The notes under the pieces are model-generated. The model worked only from the letters and a program-made list of their open reading frames with translations. It did no database searches and was not told where the DNA came from. From contig CAVRFW010000001.1 in assembly GCA_963720565.1 (NCBI GenBank), positions 1 to 64,000 on the forward strand: a DNA stretch of 64,000 bases. The letters run 5' to 3'. The stretch comes from Candidatus Bathyarchaeota archaeon (lineage in GTDB: Archaea; Thermoproteota; Bathyarchaeia; Bathyarchaeales; Bathycorpusculaceae). A program made the position numbers and the translations under genes. Positions 1-10,617 of this stretch are shown piece after piece. How positions within the stretch are numbered: the first letter of the stretch is position 1; each line of letters starts with the position of its first letter.

Positions 1-22
1 CTGCAAAACTGCGTGTCCTATG

Positions 23-2293
23 CTATCTTTCCTCAATAATTTTTAGCAGTTTTTGCAGTATGTCAATTGCTGCTTTCTTGTCCAAGGGTTCATTCTCATT
101 TCCGCATTTTGGCGAATAAATGCAGGAAGGGCAACCGTCTTTGCATTCGCATCTGGTTATTAATTGCAAGTGTTTTTTCCCACAGTCTTTCGACATTCGC
201 ATAGAGGGTTTCCGAAATTCCGATTCCTCCTTCAAATCCGTCGTAAATGAAAATGGTGGGGTGCCCTGTGTCTGGATGCATTTGTGTTGAGAGACCGCCG
301 ATATCCCATCTGTCGCACATTGCGTAGATTGGTGACATCGCTATCATCGCGTGCTCAACTGCGTGTATTCCTCCGGCGAAATCGAGTCCCATTGCTGTCT
401 ACTTCGTTTTTGATTTCGTCAGGAATTGTGAACCACATGCCCACTGTCGAGAATTCAACGGTGGCAGATCAAGCGGTCGTCGTCCTATAATTTCATCGTA
501 TGTTTTGACTATGAACTCGCGATAATTCTCTGTTATAGTCCAATTCGCCAATTCCTACTCTAATTTCGTTTTGCTTTTCTTCCAAAACTCTTCTTCACAG
601 ATACATTTACGGTTTTCATGGCTTCCGTATGGTAGTTAACATCTTCTTTTCTGACTCGGGCAGTCAGGCTCTTCAGATTCAGATCTTCGGAGATGTAGGT
701 CTCTCCTTGATGGAGCAAGACAGCTCCTTCGTGCACTTCTTCGTAAGCCTTGGTCAGCGCTAATGTCTCCAGTATGTTTCCGTCGCAAGTGACGGTCACG
801 GTTTTGTCAGATATGCTTTCCAGGTTCACGATTTCAACTGGTCTTGCTGTTCCGGAGTAGACCCAGCCTCTGGGAGTCTTGCGAACGAGGGTTTGTTCTT
901 CTAGTGCTTTGAGACTTTCATGAAAGAGTTCTGGGAAGTATTTGCGGTCGTCTTCTGTGATTGGAAGTTCGCATGCAGCGCACATTAGGTGCCCTAAGGA
1001 AATGTAGCGGTTATGCAAGTCTATTATTGCTTGTTCGTGTGGTCTTCCGAAGAGGTCTTCTGGGTTTTTCATGAAGTATTGGTCGAGGGGGTTTTGGAAG
1101 GCTACCATGGTAACGAGGGCGTCGTTTTTGCCTCTGCCTGCTCTTCCCGCCTGTTGCCATGTTGAGATGACTGTGCCTGGATATCCGGAGATAATGACTG
1201 AGTCCAAAGAGCCTATATCGATGCCTAGTTCGAGGGCGTTTGTTGATACGACTCCGATCAGGTTCTTGTTTTTCAGTCTGTTCTCGATTTCTCTTCTTTC
1301 TTGGGGCAAGTAGCCCGCGCGGTAAGCTGTCACCGAGTCTGCCAGTCTTGGCGATTTCTTGTAGAGCTCTTCTCTTGTCCATCTTGTGATTAGTTCTGCC
1401 ATTTGCCTCGACGTGGTGAAGCATAGGGTTTGAAGGTTGTTTAGGACGTTGAGTTCCAGAAGATCTTTGGTTTCTTGGTGGGTGGAGCGGCGAATGGTGT
1501 TGGTTTCATCGATGAAGGGCGGATTCCAGAACACAAAGGTCTTTTTTCCTCGTGGGGAACCGTCGATTGAGATTATTTCATAGTCTTTCCCCGTGAGCTT
1601 CTTGGCATGTTCTTCCGGATTTGCTATGGTTGCCGAGGACAGTATGACCTTCGGATCTGAACCATAGTGATTGCAGATTCTAAATAGGCGTCTTAGGAGC
1701 ATTGCTACGTTGGATCCGAATACTCCTCGGTAAACGTGCGCTTCATCGATTACAATGAACTTTAGGTTTTGAAAAAAGTTTCTCCACTTGTAGTGCCATG
1801 GGAGATACTGGTGGAGACCATATGGGTTAGTGAGGATTATTTTAGAGTTTTCCCGTATGCTCAACCTCTGACTTGTCGGAGTATCTCCATCGTAAACATT
1901 GGGGGAGACCTTGAGACCTGTTTCCTCTTCCATTTCTTTGAGAACTTTCAGCTGGTCGTTTGTTAGGGCTTTTGTGGGATAGAGGTAGAGCGCTGTCGCT
2001 TTTGGGTCTTCGTGTATGGCTTCTAAGACTGGAATGTTGAAAGCTAAAGTCTTTCCAGAAGCGGTTGGGGTGACTATTGCGATGTTTTTTCCTTGTCGGG
2101 CTTTGTTTATCGCCTCGGCTTGGTGCGAGTAAAATCTAATTTTCTTGTCAAGGAGGCAGTTTTGAATATTCGCCGGTAAGGCCTTTTCTAGGTCGCTGTA
2201 GTTTGCCTCCTGCGACGGGATTTCTTCTAAATGCGCGATTTGCTTTTTGTAGGAGCTGCTCTTCTTGATGTTTCTGATGAATTCGTCAATCAT
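23..2293 (-). CDS. DEAH-box helicase with C-terminal DUF1998 Zn domain (MrfA/Hrq1 family), frameshifted in the 3' third
   Basis: Motifs [32 protein letters not shown] and QQAGRAGR in ORF 560-2302. The gene continues in other frames ([38 protein letters not shown]) to the stop at 23. ATGA overlap with the upstream gene. Confidence 0.9.
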
Positions 2294-3576
2294 AAGTCCC
2301 ATTCCTCGTAGAGTCGTGAGAACAAACTGCCGAGGGTGATGAGGTCTTGCCTGTTATGCTCGACAATGGCAACGAGGGGTCCAACGTTTCTGGTTTTTAG
2401 GTATGTTTCATAGAAGTGGGGCACCATTGCTCCGGGTATGTCTATGTCTCTCTGGATGTTTAGGTATTTCTCGACGGTTTCGAGGCGGCAGTTGGCGAGT
2501 TTCTTGCCCAGTGCTCTTCTTGTAAAATGGAGAACGTCAAAGTGTGGGTTATTGAAGGATGCGTCCATGCCGTAGTAGGCGAGTCTTTGTTTTATGTAAG
2601 GTATGTCGAAACTTCTTCCGTTGAAGCTAATGAGAGAAGAACTTGGTTCAAGCTGGGATATTAAAGCCCATATTGCGCTTGGCTCATCGGGAATGTCGCG
2701 AAGCAGAAACTGACTTGTACATATGCTGTTGCCTTTTGGCTTGGCTATTCCCATTAGGATAATGGGTCTTTCGGAGAGCCCAAGGGTTTCGATGTCGATT
2801 ATGGCAAAATCTTCGCAACTGCATAGGCCCGCCAAATAGTGGGCTAATGGGTGGGATTTTGGAAGGCGGTGCCACAACCAGTCTTGCGCGGATCTGACTT
2901 CTTTCGAGTCTATTAGCTGCATAAATTTCTGTGCTGGTTTGTTCCAAATCGGATGATTTGTGAGCGCTTCCACGGTCGTGTAGCCTTGCTGCCTAAGGAC
3001 CTGTTCTCTTGCAGGTCCTATGCCTGGGACTATCTTGAGGTCGGAGATTAGTAATTGTCTGCTTTTCTCGTAGCTTGCCAGGTTGAATCTGGCAACGCAA
3101 GTGGTTGAGATTGAATAGCATTCGCCCTGGTCATTCGAAATTGTGTTTCCGGGTATTGCTTCTTCAAGGCTTTTCTCTTTGAACTTGCTGACGAGTCTGC
3201 GTTCAAGTTTTAGAGCGTCGTCATATTCTGTGTTCCATATCCAGCTCTCAACTCGCGAGGTTATTGGCTCTGAGGGTTTTGCCGCGGTTTCCGTAACTAC
3301 TGTGTACTCTCTTGAGCCTGTAACTTTCTCTCTTAACCTTTGAGCCACGCGCACTAATTCAGAAGCGTTTTTCTCATCCTTTTTAGTTTTTGCGGTCCTT
3401 TCCTGCGAGATTTTATTTCCTTCAGTGCAACTTCTGTTCTTGGAGAGAGACTGCCTGCGGTCCACATCATATTTCAAAAGAAGAAATGAGCCACAAGTTT
3501 GGCAGAATCTACTCTCTTCATATTCATGGTCCGAGTGGCTTCTGCCGCATTTTCTGCAAATATAACTTATTGTCAA
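2290..3576 (-). CDS. YprB/MrfB-like DEDDh (RNase_H_2) exonuclease with N-terminal Zn ribbon and HhH motif
   Basis: DIETLG, FNGRSFDIP, HFDV, HNRQD; CRKC..CQTC; VPGIGP; translationally coupled to the DUF1998 helicase. Confidence 0.85.
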   Translation of the reverse strand: MTISYICRKCGRSHSDHEYEESRFCQTCGSFLLLKYDVDRRQSLSKNRSCTEGNKISQERTAKTKKDEKNASELVRVAQRLREKVTGSREYTVVTETAAKPSEPITSRVESWIWNTEYDDALKLERRLVSKFKEKSLEEAIPGNTISNDQGECYSISTTCVARFNLASYEKSRQLLISDLKIVPGIGPAREQVLRQQGYTTVEALTNHPIWNKPAQKFMQLIDSKEVRSAQDWLWHRLPKSHPLAHYLAGLCSCEDFAIIDIETLGLSERPIILMGIAKPKGNSICTSQFLLRDIPDEPSAIWALISQLEPSSSLISFNGRSFDIPYIKQRLAYYGMDASFNNPHFDVLHFTRRALGKKLANCRLETVEKYLNIQRDIDIPGAMVPHFYETYLKTRNVGPLVAIVEHNRQDLITLGSLFSRLYEEWDL

Positions 3577-3711
3577 TCTTATCTTAGATAGAGGTTAGTT
3601 TTAGCAAATTAAAAACCTATGTCATACTGGCAAGAGCAAGCGCGCGTGCATCTTATGTTAACCCCCCTCTGCATTTGGGACAGTTGCTTGGTTCTTTTCT
3701 GCCTTCAATGA

Positions 3712-4043
3712 TTAATGAAATGTTGGGCGCGCTTTCACCAGATTTCCTTTGAAACCGCTGTTTACGTCTTTGTTTGCGATGAACTCTTTAACGCTCTCAG
3801 GCTCGTCTAAATCGACATCATCTGAGAGATGATTCAGATAGAAACCGATTATTTTTACAGTTCTTTCTTCCATGCCATTGTTTTTGAGTTTCAGTAGCGT
3901 GTTGACGATTTTTCCTTCCACATTAGGATTTATATTGCGCGAGTAGAGTAATCTCGTCGTGGAGGGCTCGTAGTCTGATACGGATTATGACACTGGCCTG
4001 CGGAGCCGGAGGTCCTGGGTTCAAATCCCAGCGGGCCCGCCAC
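3712..4043 (-). pseudogene. Truncated tyrosine-recombinase/integrase N-terminal remnant overlapping the tRNA antisense
   Basis: ORF 3712-3921 (GKIVNTLLKLKNNG..DLDEPESVKEFIANK..KGNLVKA) resembles integrase N-terminal core-binding regions. The frame stays open upstream into the tRNA (DYEP). No catalytic domain is present. Confidence 0.5.
3964..4042 (+). tRNA. tRNA-Arg (anticodon GCG), CCA encoded
   Basis: GGGCTCG/CGGGCCC acceptor stem, CTGGC-CTGCGGA-GCCGG anticodon arm, CTGGG-TTCAAAT-CCCAG T arm, GCCA end. TTTATAT lies about 30 nt upstream. Confidence 0.95.
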
Positions 4044-4155
4044 CCATTAACCAACCTCATTCCTTTTGGTTTTTGATTCCACTGAAGAAGGCAAATCCGG
4101 AAAAATCCGTTCTGGCGATGGCAAGTCTAATATCTGTTTTTCAGACAATAATTGA

Positions 4156-5494
4156 ATGGTGGGAGATGAAGCTGTTTTGGATTCTAGGGCGTTAACCAAG
4201 ATTCAATCAGTAGCATTGATCGCTGTAATTGTTGTTGCAGCCGTAGGTGGAGGTGTAGCGTATGTTCTTTGGAGCAGACCGGCACAACTCGGACAATCGA
4301 TAAGAATAGGTGTCTGTGATGACCTCGACATGCCTAATGGAAAAGGCATCTGGCAGGCTGTCATGTTGGCTGCTGAGCAGGTTAACGCTGAAGGCGGCGT
4401 TTTAGGCAGAAACATCACCATAGTCGCCGAAGACGACGATGCCGAAACATCAAATGATATTTCTGTTGCCACAAACGCCCTGACGAAACTCATCACCGTT
4501 GACGAAGCTGACTATGTAGTAGCAAGAGCAGGATTAATGGGCTTAACCTATCAGGATATTTGTGCTGAGCACAAGAAAATCCTAATTACAGTACAAGCTA
4601 ATTTCGATGAACTCTCGCAGCGAGTGCTTGACAACTATGATAAGTACAAGTACTATTTCTCAATGATGGCAAACCAGACTTCTATGGATGACGGATGGGT
4701 TGACGCTGTTTTAACGTTGAGGAACTATACCGGTTTCAACAAAGTAGCGTATCTGGATCAAGACGCTTCGACTTGGGAGCAGTTTAGACTATGGACTTTT
4801 GGAATCTCTGTCAGAGTCTGGTTTTGACGTTGTCTACCAAAACTCAGCCACGTGGGCAACCACAGATTTCGCAAGCTACTTCGCAGCGATAGAAGCCTCA
4901 GGAGCAGAAGTGCTCCTTGCAAACATTTATGGGACAAGTGCTTCTTTCGTGAAAGAATGGTATGATCGTCAGTCGCCGTTCGTCATTTGGGGCAACGTGG
5001 GCCAAGTAGGCAGCAATTTCTGGGATTTGACCGAAGGAAAATGCGAATATACAGTTTTTGCAGGGTTGCCAGCCCTAGCGGGATACCCTTTGACCAATCA
5101 AACACTGCCGGCCAGGGAAGCTTACATTCAGAGGTGGAATGGGGAAATACTAACTTTCTCGGGAACGCTTGCTTACGATTTCGTTCGTTTCATTCTGCCC
5201 AATGCTCTCAAACAAGCAGGGACTACTGAGACGGAAGCCGTAATCAAAGCGCTAGAAAAAACGGATGTTGAGACTTGCACGGCGCGCCATTTCATGTTCA
5301 CTTCTTCACACGATGTTATGATTGGGTCGGCTGACCCGAACAAGACGAGTACGGATTATATGCTTGTTTGCACGTTCCAGTGGCAGAACGGAATCCAGGT
5401 GCCTGTGTGTCCCAAAGAGATAATGGAAGAAGCGGGAGCAACCTACAGGTACCCGCCTTGGGAAGGTCCTTGGAGCAACAAACAAACTCCCTGA
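4156..5494 (+). CDS. LivJ/LivK-type branched-chain amino acid ABC substrate-binding protein, membrane anchored, frameshifted near 4800
   Basis: N-terminal TM helix, IRIGV, LAAEQVNAEGGVLGRNITIVAEDD, AGTTETEAVIKALE. Two overlapping ORFs (4156-4827 and 4799-5494). Confidence 0.85.
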
Positions 5495-5601
5495 TAGCGC
5501 AGTTTATTGAAGAATGCGATGAAAAACCTTTTGAGCGTATGTTTCTATACGTAGATGTAGTGGAAGAAAGGTAGCTAGGCGTTTTCGCTCGGAAGGCGGA
5601 T

Positions 5602-8600
5602 TTGAACTTGAAATTGAAGTCGGTCGTGTTATCGGAACCGGTTCTGGTTGGCAGAGAACGCGAACTTGAAGAGCTAGGCACTGTTCCTCGACTCAGCCAT
5701 CGAGGCAAAGGGATTACACGGTCTTCGTGTCAGGCGAGGCAGGAAGCGGAAAATCCAGACTGACCCGTGAATTTCTTAGTATCGCAAAGCAAAAAGGCGT
5801 TGGCGCGATGGCTGGTTGGTGCCTTGGCGACTCTCAAGTCCCATACTTCTCCTTTTATGGAAGCCTTCAACAATTACTATGCAACCTCAGGCGAGGGAGA
5901 AACAATCTTGTTGCAGCCACAGGAACAACTCGGCTTGGGAATACCTGCACAAGTCGGGATTGGAAGCGGAGAGATGGAAGTAACCTCTTGGCTCGCAGGC
6001 TCAAGACTACCGGAGAAAACAGGAGGTCTCCAAGCGCTTTCGCCTCAGGTCTGGAAGGACCAAGTTTTCGCCGCAGTTTCCAAAACACTGCACGACCATA
6101 GCAGCACAAGGCCCTGTAATCTTATTCATAGAGGACGTTCATTGGGCAGACTCCGCTTCGCTGGCGCTACTTCACTACATTTCAAGAGCAATTCACGACT
6201 CGGAACAAGTTTTGCTCTTAGCAACATTCCGTAGCGAGGAACTCACCGCCGATGCTGAGGGACATCCACACCCCTTGGCTGAAACCATGAGGTTGATGAG
6301 ACGCGAGGAGCTTTTCACAGAGATCAGACTGTCAAGCCTAAGCCAAGAAAACGTTTCAAAAATAGCCGAAAGCATGATCGGCGGAACGTTACAGCCCAAG
6401 CTTGCCGAGAAACTGACAAATGAAAGCAAGGGAAACCCGCTGTTCGTCGTTGAATCGCTGCGAATGTTACATGAACGGAAAAGCCTAATTCAAGAGGATG
6501 ATGAGTGGCGGCTTGCCGTTGACGAACTGGGGATTCCTTCAAAAATAAAAGACATTATCTTGCGTCGGCTCGCATGCTTGAAGTATGCTCAGAGGCGGGT
6601 TCTTGATGCCGCTTCAGTTATAGGCGAAAAATTCGATGTAGACCTACTCAGCGCTGTACTTGGACAAGACAGCCTTGAATTACTAGAAACACTCAACATC
6701 ATAGCTCAATCAACCTCACTCGTAAGTGTGGAAGGCAACTTTTATCATTTCTATCATGCAAAGTTCCAAGAGGCTCTATACGACGAGGTCTCAACACCTC
6801 TGAAGCGAGGATACCACGCTCGGATAGCTGAAAAACTTGAAAAAACAGACGGCGTAGGCAAACCCTTACCCCTTCGCAGACCTAGCCCACCACTATTCCG
6901 AGGCGGGGAACACTGAAAAAGCACTTTACTACGCTATGGAAGCAGGCAAGGATGCACTGAAAAAGAGCAGCAATGCACAAGCCATCAAACACTTCACGTA
7001 TGCTTTACACGCAGTCGGCACCGACCCTGAACGTCGCAGAGAGCAGGCTGTGGCACTACTAGGTTTGGGGGATGCTTATGCACAGAGCGGGCTTTCTCTG
7101 AGAGCTCTGCAAACATTTGAGCAACTCATAGAAAATACATCCGGCGCGGAGAAATTTCAGGCAATACTAAGAGCCGCTTCCGCCACATATCTCCATGGGG
7201 ACGTCATTCGCTTAGCCAAATTACTTGATCAAGCCCAGGAATATGTAGGGTCTGATCGTTTAGGAATGGCGCACATTTTCGGACTAAGAGCAGCTCTTGG
7301 AGGATTGAGAGGTGACGTCTCCTATGCTGAAAAATATGTAAAAAAAGCGACCCAAATCCTTGAAGAAGAATACATGTTGCAGGAAATGCCTCGCGCACTA
7401 GGCGGGGGGTTTGGACGAGCTCTCCAAGGTAAGTTGGAGACTGCTGTAGCTGAAGGGCTGCTTTGTATAGCGATTTGTGATGATTTGAAAGATTATCGAA
7501 CTCGACTAGAAAACTGCAACATGGTAGGTCAAACCTTCGGACTATGTGGTCTCTTCCCGGAAGAAGAACAGATGTTTAAGAAAGGGCTTCAAATTGAAGA
7601 TGACCTAAAACTTGGGTTACTGCGGGACATAAGCCAGATTTATGTAAGTTGGTCGATTATTCTGGGTCTCCAAGGTAAGCCTGAAGAATCGTTGACCAAG
7701 GCTTTGAAAGCAATTGAGATTGCTGAAAAAACCGATTCAGCCTTTGCCCAAGGCAATGCATATGCAAGAGCAACGATGGAATACGTATTCCTCAATAATA
7801 TGGCTGAAGCTGACAAATACTTCCAGAAACTGGTGAACCTTCCACCTCAAACATTGGAAAGCGGATGGGTAGGACTCAATAATGTGAAAGCAATATACTA
7901 CGCAGCAAAAGGTCAAATGCGCCAAGCCATTCAGTGCGCTAATGAATATGTAGCCTCTGCTAAGAGCTACCGCTTATCTCCCAATGAGCCGGGAAGCCCA
8001 TTAGTTGAGGCGAATATCAATCTAGTGAATTCTCTAATGCATGCTGCGTTGGGAAAGGAAGACGAGGCGCAAGAAGAACGGGATGAAGCATTCAGAATCC
8101 TCAAGGATGCCCAAAAACGATTCGAACATGTTAACCTACGCCCAAACCTAATGACATTAGCACGGGTGAAAGTAGACCAAACCTTTGACGCCCGGCTTGA
8201 CTTGATAAACGTTTCCAGAGCCCATGGCACGCTGGTTACAATTAAGGGTATGCTGCCAAGAGATCTCGAAGTCATCAAAACCCCACCGGATTGCTCAATC
8301 GAAGGTGCAGAGTTGCGGCTTAAAGAAAGCACGTTCGAACCTTTCTCCGTTAAGACTCTCACACTGGCTTTCAAGGCAACCAAACCATGCGCCGTTACTT
8401 TGAATCCAGAGATCGCATACATAGATGATTTGGGTCAAACGAAAACATCCCGTTCCAGACCAATAACCATAATCGTTTCACCTGCTGATCTGACCTATGA
8501 GATACTGCCTGGAAGAATATCCACGGGTTCAGCAGAGCTAGACAAGCCACTACTGGGAGGGATACCTGAAAAATACGCGGTTATTCTTTCTTCCCCTTCC

Positions 8601-9170
8601 TGCAACGAAAAAGAACTAATCGTGAAGAATTTCCTCGAAACAGGAGCTGAAAGAGGCGAAACAACCTTTTTCGTAACAACCGAAGCAGGCAAAATGACAG
8701 ATTTGGCTGGAAGCCACCAACAGAACTTTTTCCTTTTTGTCTGTAACCCACAAGCCGACGCCATGGTTCCTAATTTGCCCAACATATACAAACTGAAAAG
8801 CATAGAGAACCTGACAGAGATAGATATTGCACTAAATAGGGCTTTCAAAACCTTAAATCAAGCCAGTACAAACCCCAGAAGAATCTGCCTAGACATAGTC
8901 TCTGATGCCTTGCTGCAGCATCACGCAGTTACGACGAGAAGATGGCTGAGCGCACTTCTTCCAACCTTGAAATCAAAGGGCTTCACAATCTTCGCGATTA
9001 TCGATCCGCTCATTTCGCCGGAAGAGGTTCCAGCAATCAACGGCTTATTCGACGGAGAAATCAAAATCACAGAAAAAGGCCTGGGAAGAACCCTGAGAGT
9101 TAGAAAACTTGCCAACCAGAAATACTTGGAAAACGAGTTAGCCCTCACAAAAGAAAGTCTATCCACATAG
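5602..9170 (+). CDS. STAND (AAA_16-type) ATPase-TPR-Ig-like-degenerate KaiC/RAD55 multidomain protein, about 4 frameshifts
   Basis: LVGRERELEEL, Walker A GEAGSGKS, Walker B EDVHWAD (shifted frame), GNPLF, IPSKIKDIILRRL, TPR-like helices, a beta-rich segment, then RISTGSAELDKPLLGGIP. Confidence 0.8.
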
Positions 9171-9223
9171 GACAAGGACGAACAAAAACGCGGATTCAGA
9201 GACAGAAAAAGAGGGGTTGTGCG

Positions 9224-9267
9224 GGTGACATCTCCACACGGGGCGGGGTCCAAATTCCAGCGGACCA
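9224..9267 (+). mobile_element. Degenerate tRNA-3'-like att scar resembling the tRNA-Arg T-arm/acceptor end
   Basis: CGGGGTCCAAATTCCAGCGGACC vs tRNA CTGGGTTCAAATCCCAGCGGGCC (19/23 identical), preceded by GGTGACATC. Confidence 0.5.
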
Positions 9268-9318
9268 TTCGTTCTTGGCAAGGCAGCTGCAAGGCTACGA
9301 ACAAAACCAAGAGAGAAG

Positions 9319-9822
9319 TTATCGCGAATCCAACCTTGCCTGAACCTCAGCAGCGTTCAAACGCTTCAAATCTTCCCTGACAAACCTAGCCTCATCACAC
9401 TCCACATCAACCGCCGGAACAGAAACACACTGCTTGACCAGCGTGTAACCAAAAGCTCCTCCAGGACGCAGCTTAAGCCGCGTCAACTTCTTCTCAGCAA
9501 CAAGCCTCCTCAAAGCCGGATAAACAATACTCCTCGAAAGCCCCAGATCCACCTCAACCTCACCCGCCTTGAAAAGCCTCTTCCCCACAGCATAATGCAA
9601 AATCTTCGCTACGGTCTCCTTGGACGCCTGATTCTGCCAAGAAGGCGCAATATTGATAGAAGTGAGCTTGCCCAGTTGGTCCGCAACAGATGCCTCCAAA
9701 TGCTTAAGCTCACCGTAGAACTGCTGCAGCTCAGACTCGCTCAGCTCCCTCGACACATCCACCCCGAAAAAGGGAAAACGCAACACAATACTATACAAGA
9801 CTTTTCTGATAACCAAACTCAC
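9319..9822 (-). CDS. Winged-helix DNA-binding protein, probably from a mobile element
   Basis: FKAGEVEVDLGLSRSIVYPALRRLVAEKKL wHTH pattern, located between the att-like scars. Confidence 0.6.
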   Translation of the reverse strand: MSLVIRKVLYSIVLRFPFFGVDVSRELSESELQQFYGELKHLEASVADQLGKLTSINIAPSWQNQASKETVAKILHYAVGKRLFKAGEVEVDLGLSRSIVYPALRRLVAEKKLTRLKLRPGGAFGYTLVKQCVSVPAVDVECDEARFVREDLKRLNAAEVQARLDSR

Positions 9823-9870
9823 TCGGAACTCACCTCCCCATCAACTTCGCAAACGCTCTTTTTCGCGGCC

Positions 9871-10150
9871 TCAGGAAACGTAGCCTTTACCTCCCTCCCC
9901 AACAGGAACAGGTTGTTCGCCTTCACCGCTAAGACCACAGAGCCGATCCAACGCACTGCTCAAGCTTTCGGACATAATACCATGTATGTTGGCGGCTCAA
10001 ACCTATGATTCGCCCAGCCCTTGTCGGATAGTCCCCGACTGCTATTCTCAGCAGAAGTGGAAGAACCCATCTGCGAACAGTCCCAGTGTCAAATTTTACT
10101 TTATACTTTGAACCGCAAACATTTGTACTCCCGCCCAAAACCCCAGTCAA
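9871..10150 (-). pseudogene. Internally deleted wHTH (MarR-like/replication-type) gene remnant
   Basis: VLPLLLRIAVGDYPTRAGRIIGLSRQHTWYYVRKLE (HTH) breaks off near 9950. A plausible C-terminus (LDRLCGLSGE..GKGYVS*) follows in another frame. Confidence 0.45.
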
Positions 10151-10255
10151 CAGCCAGCCTCCAAAGGCAAAATTAAGGTCTGGCTCAGCATCCAACGAAC
10201 ATACAAAGAATTTTATCCATTGCCCTCGATACATGTATTGTGGAATTTCACAAAG

Positions 10256-10519
10256 ATGAAAACGAAGATTACACTTCTCATAACTGTAACCAGTCTGGTC
10301 GTCTTGCTTATGCTCTGGGCGCCATGGATCACAGATGACTACGCCATCAACCAAGTAGTTGAAAAGCTTGGAGGACCCGATGCCCACTTCAATTACCTGG
10401 GCGAAGACACGGTCGTTAAAGACATTGCCAAACAGGTCAGCTGGCTTCCCTTCGGCAGATACGTCACTTTTCCAGGCGAAGCAGGCTGGTTCGTGACCTT
10501 CTATGGCAGCGCACTTTAG
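10256..10519 (+). CDS. Small membrane-anchored hypothetical protein
   Basis: MKTKITLLITVTSLVVLLMLWAPW signal/TM segment followed by protein-like composition. Confidence 0.6.
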   Translation: MKTKITLLITVTSLVVLLMLWAPWITDDYAINQVVEKLGGPDAHFNYLGEDTVVKDIAKQVSWLPFGRYVTFPGEAGWFVTFYGSAL

Positions 10520-10617
10520 ATGCAAACGCGTAATATCTCCTGCCAAACATTTCACTCGGACAACAAAAGATCCCCAACAAAAAAAGGGGAAGAAAGCTGC
10601 GAAGAAACGATCTGAGA

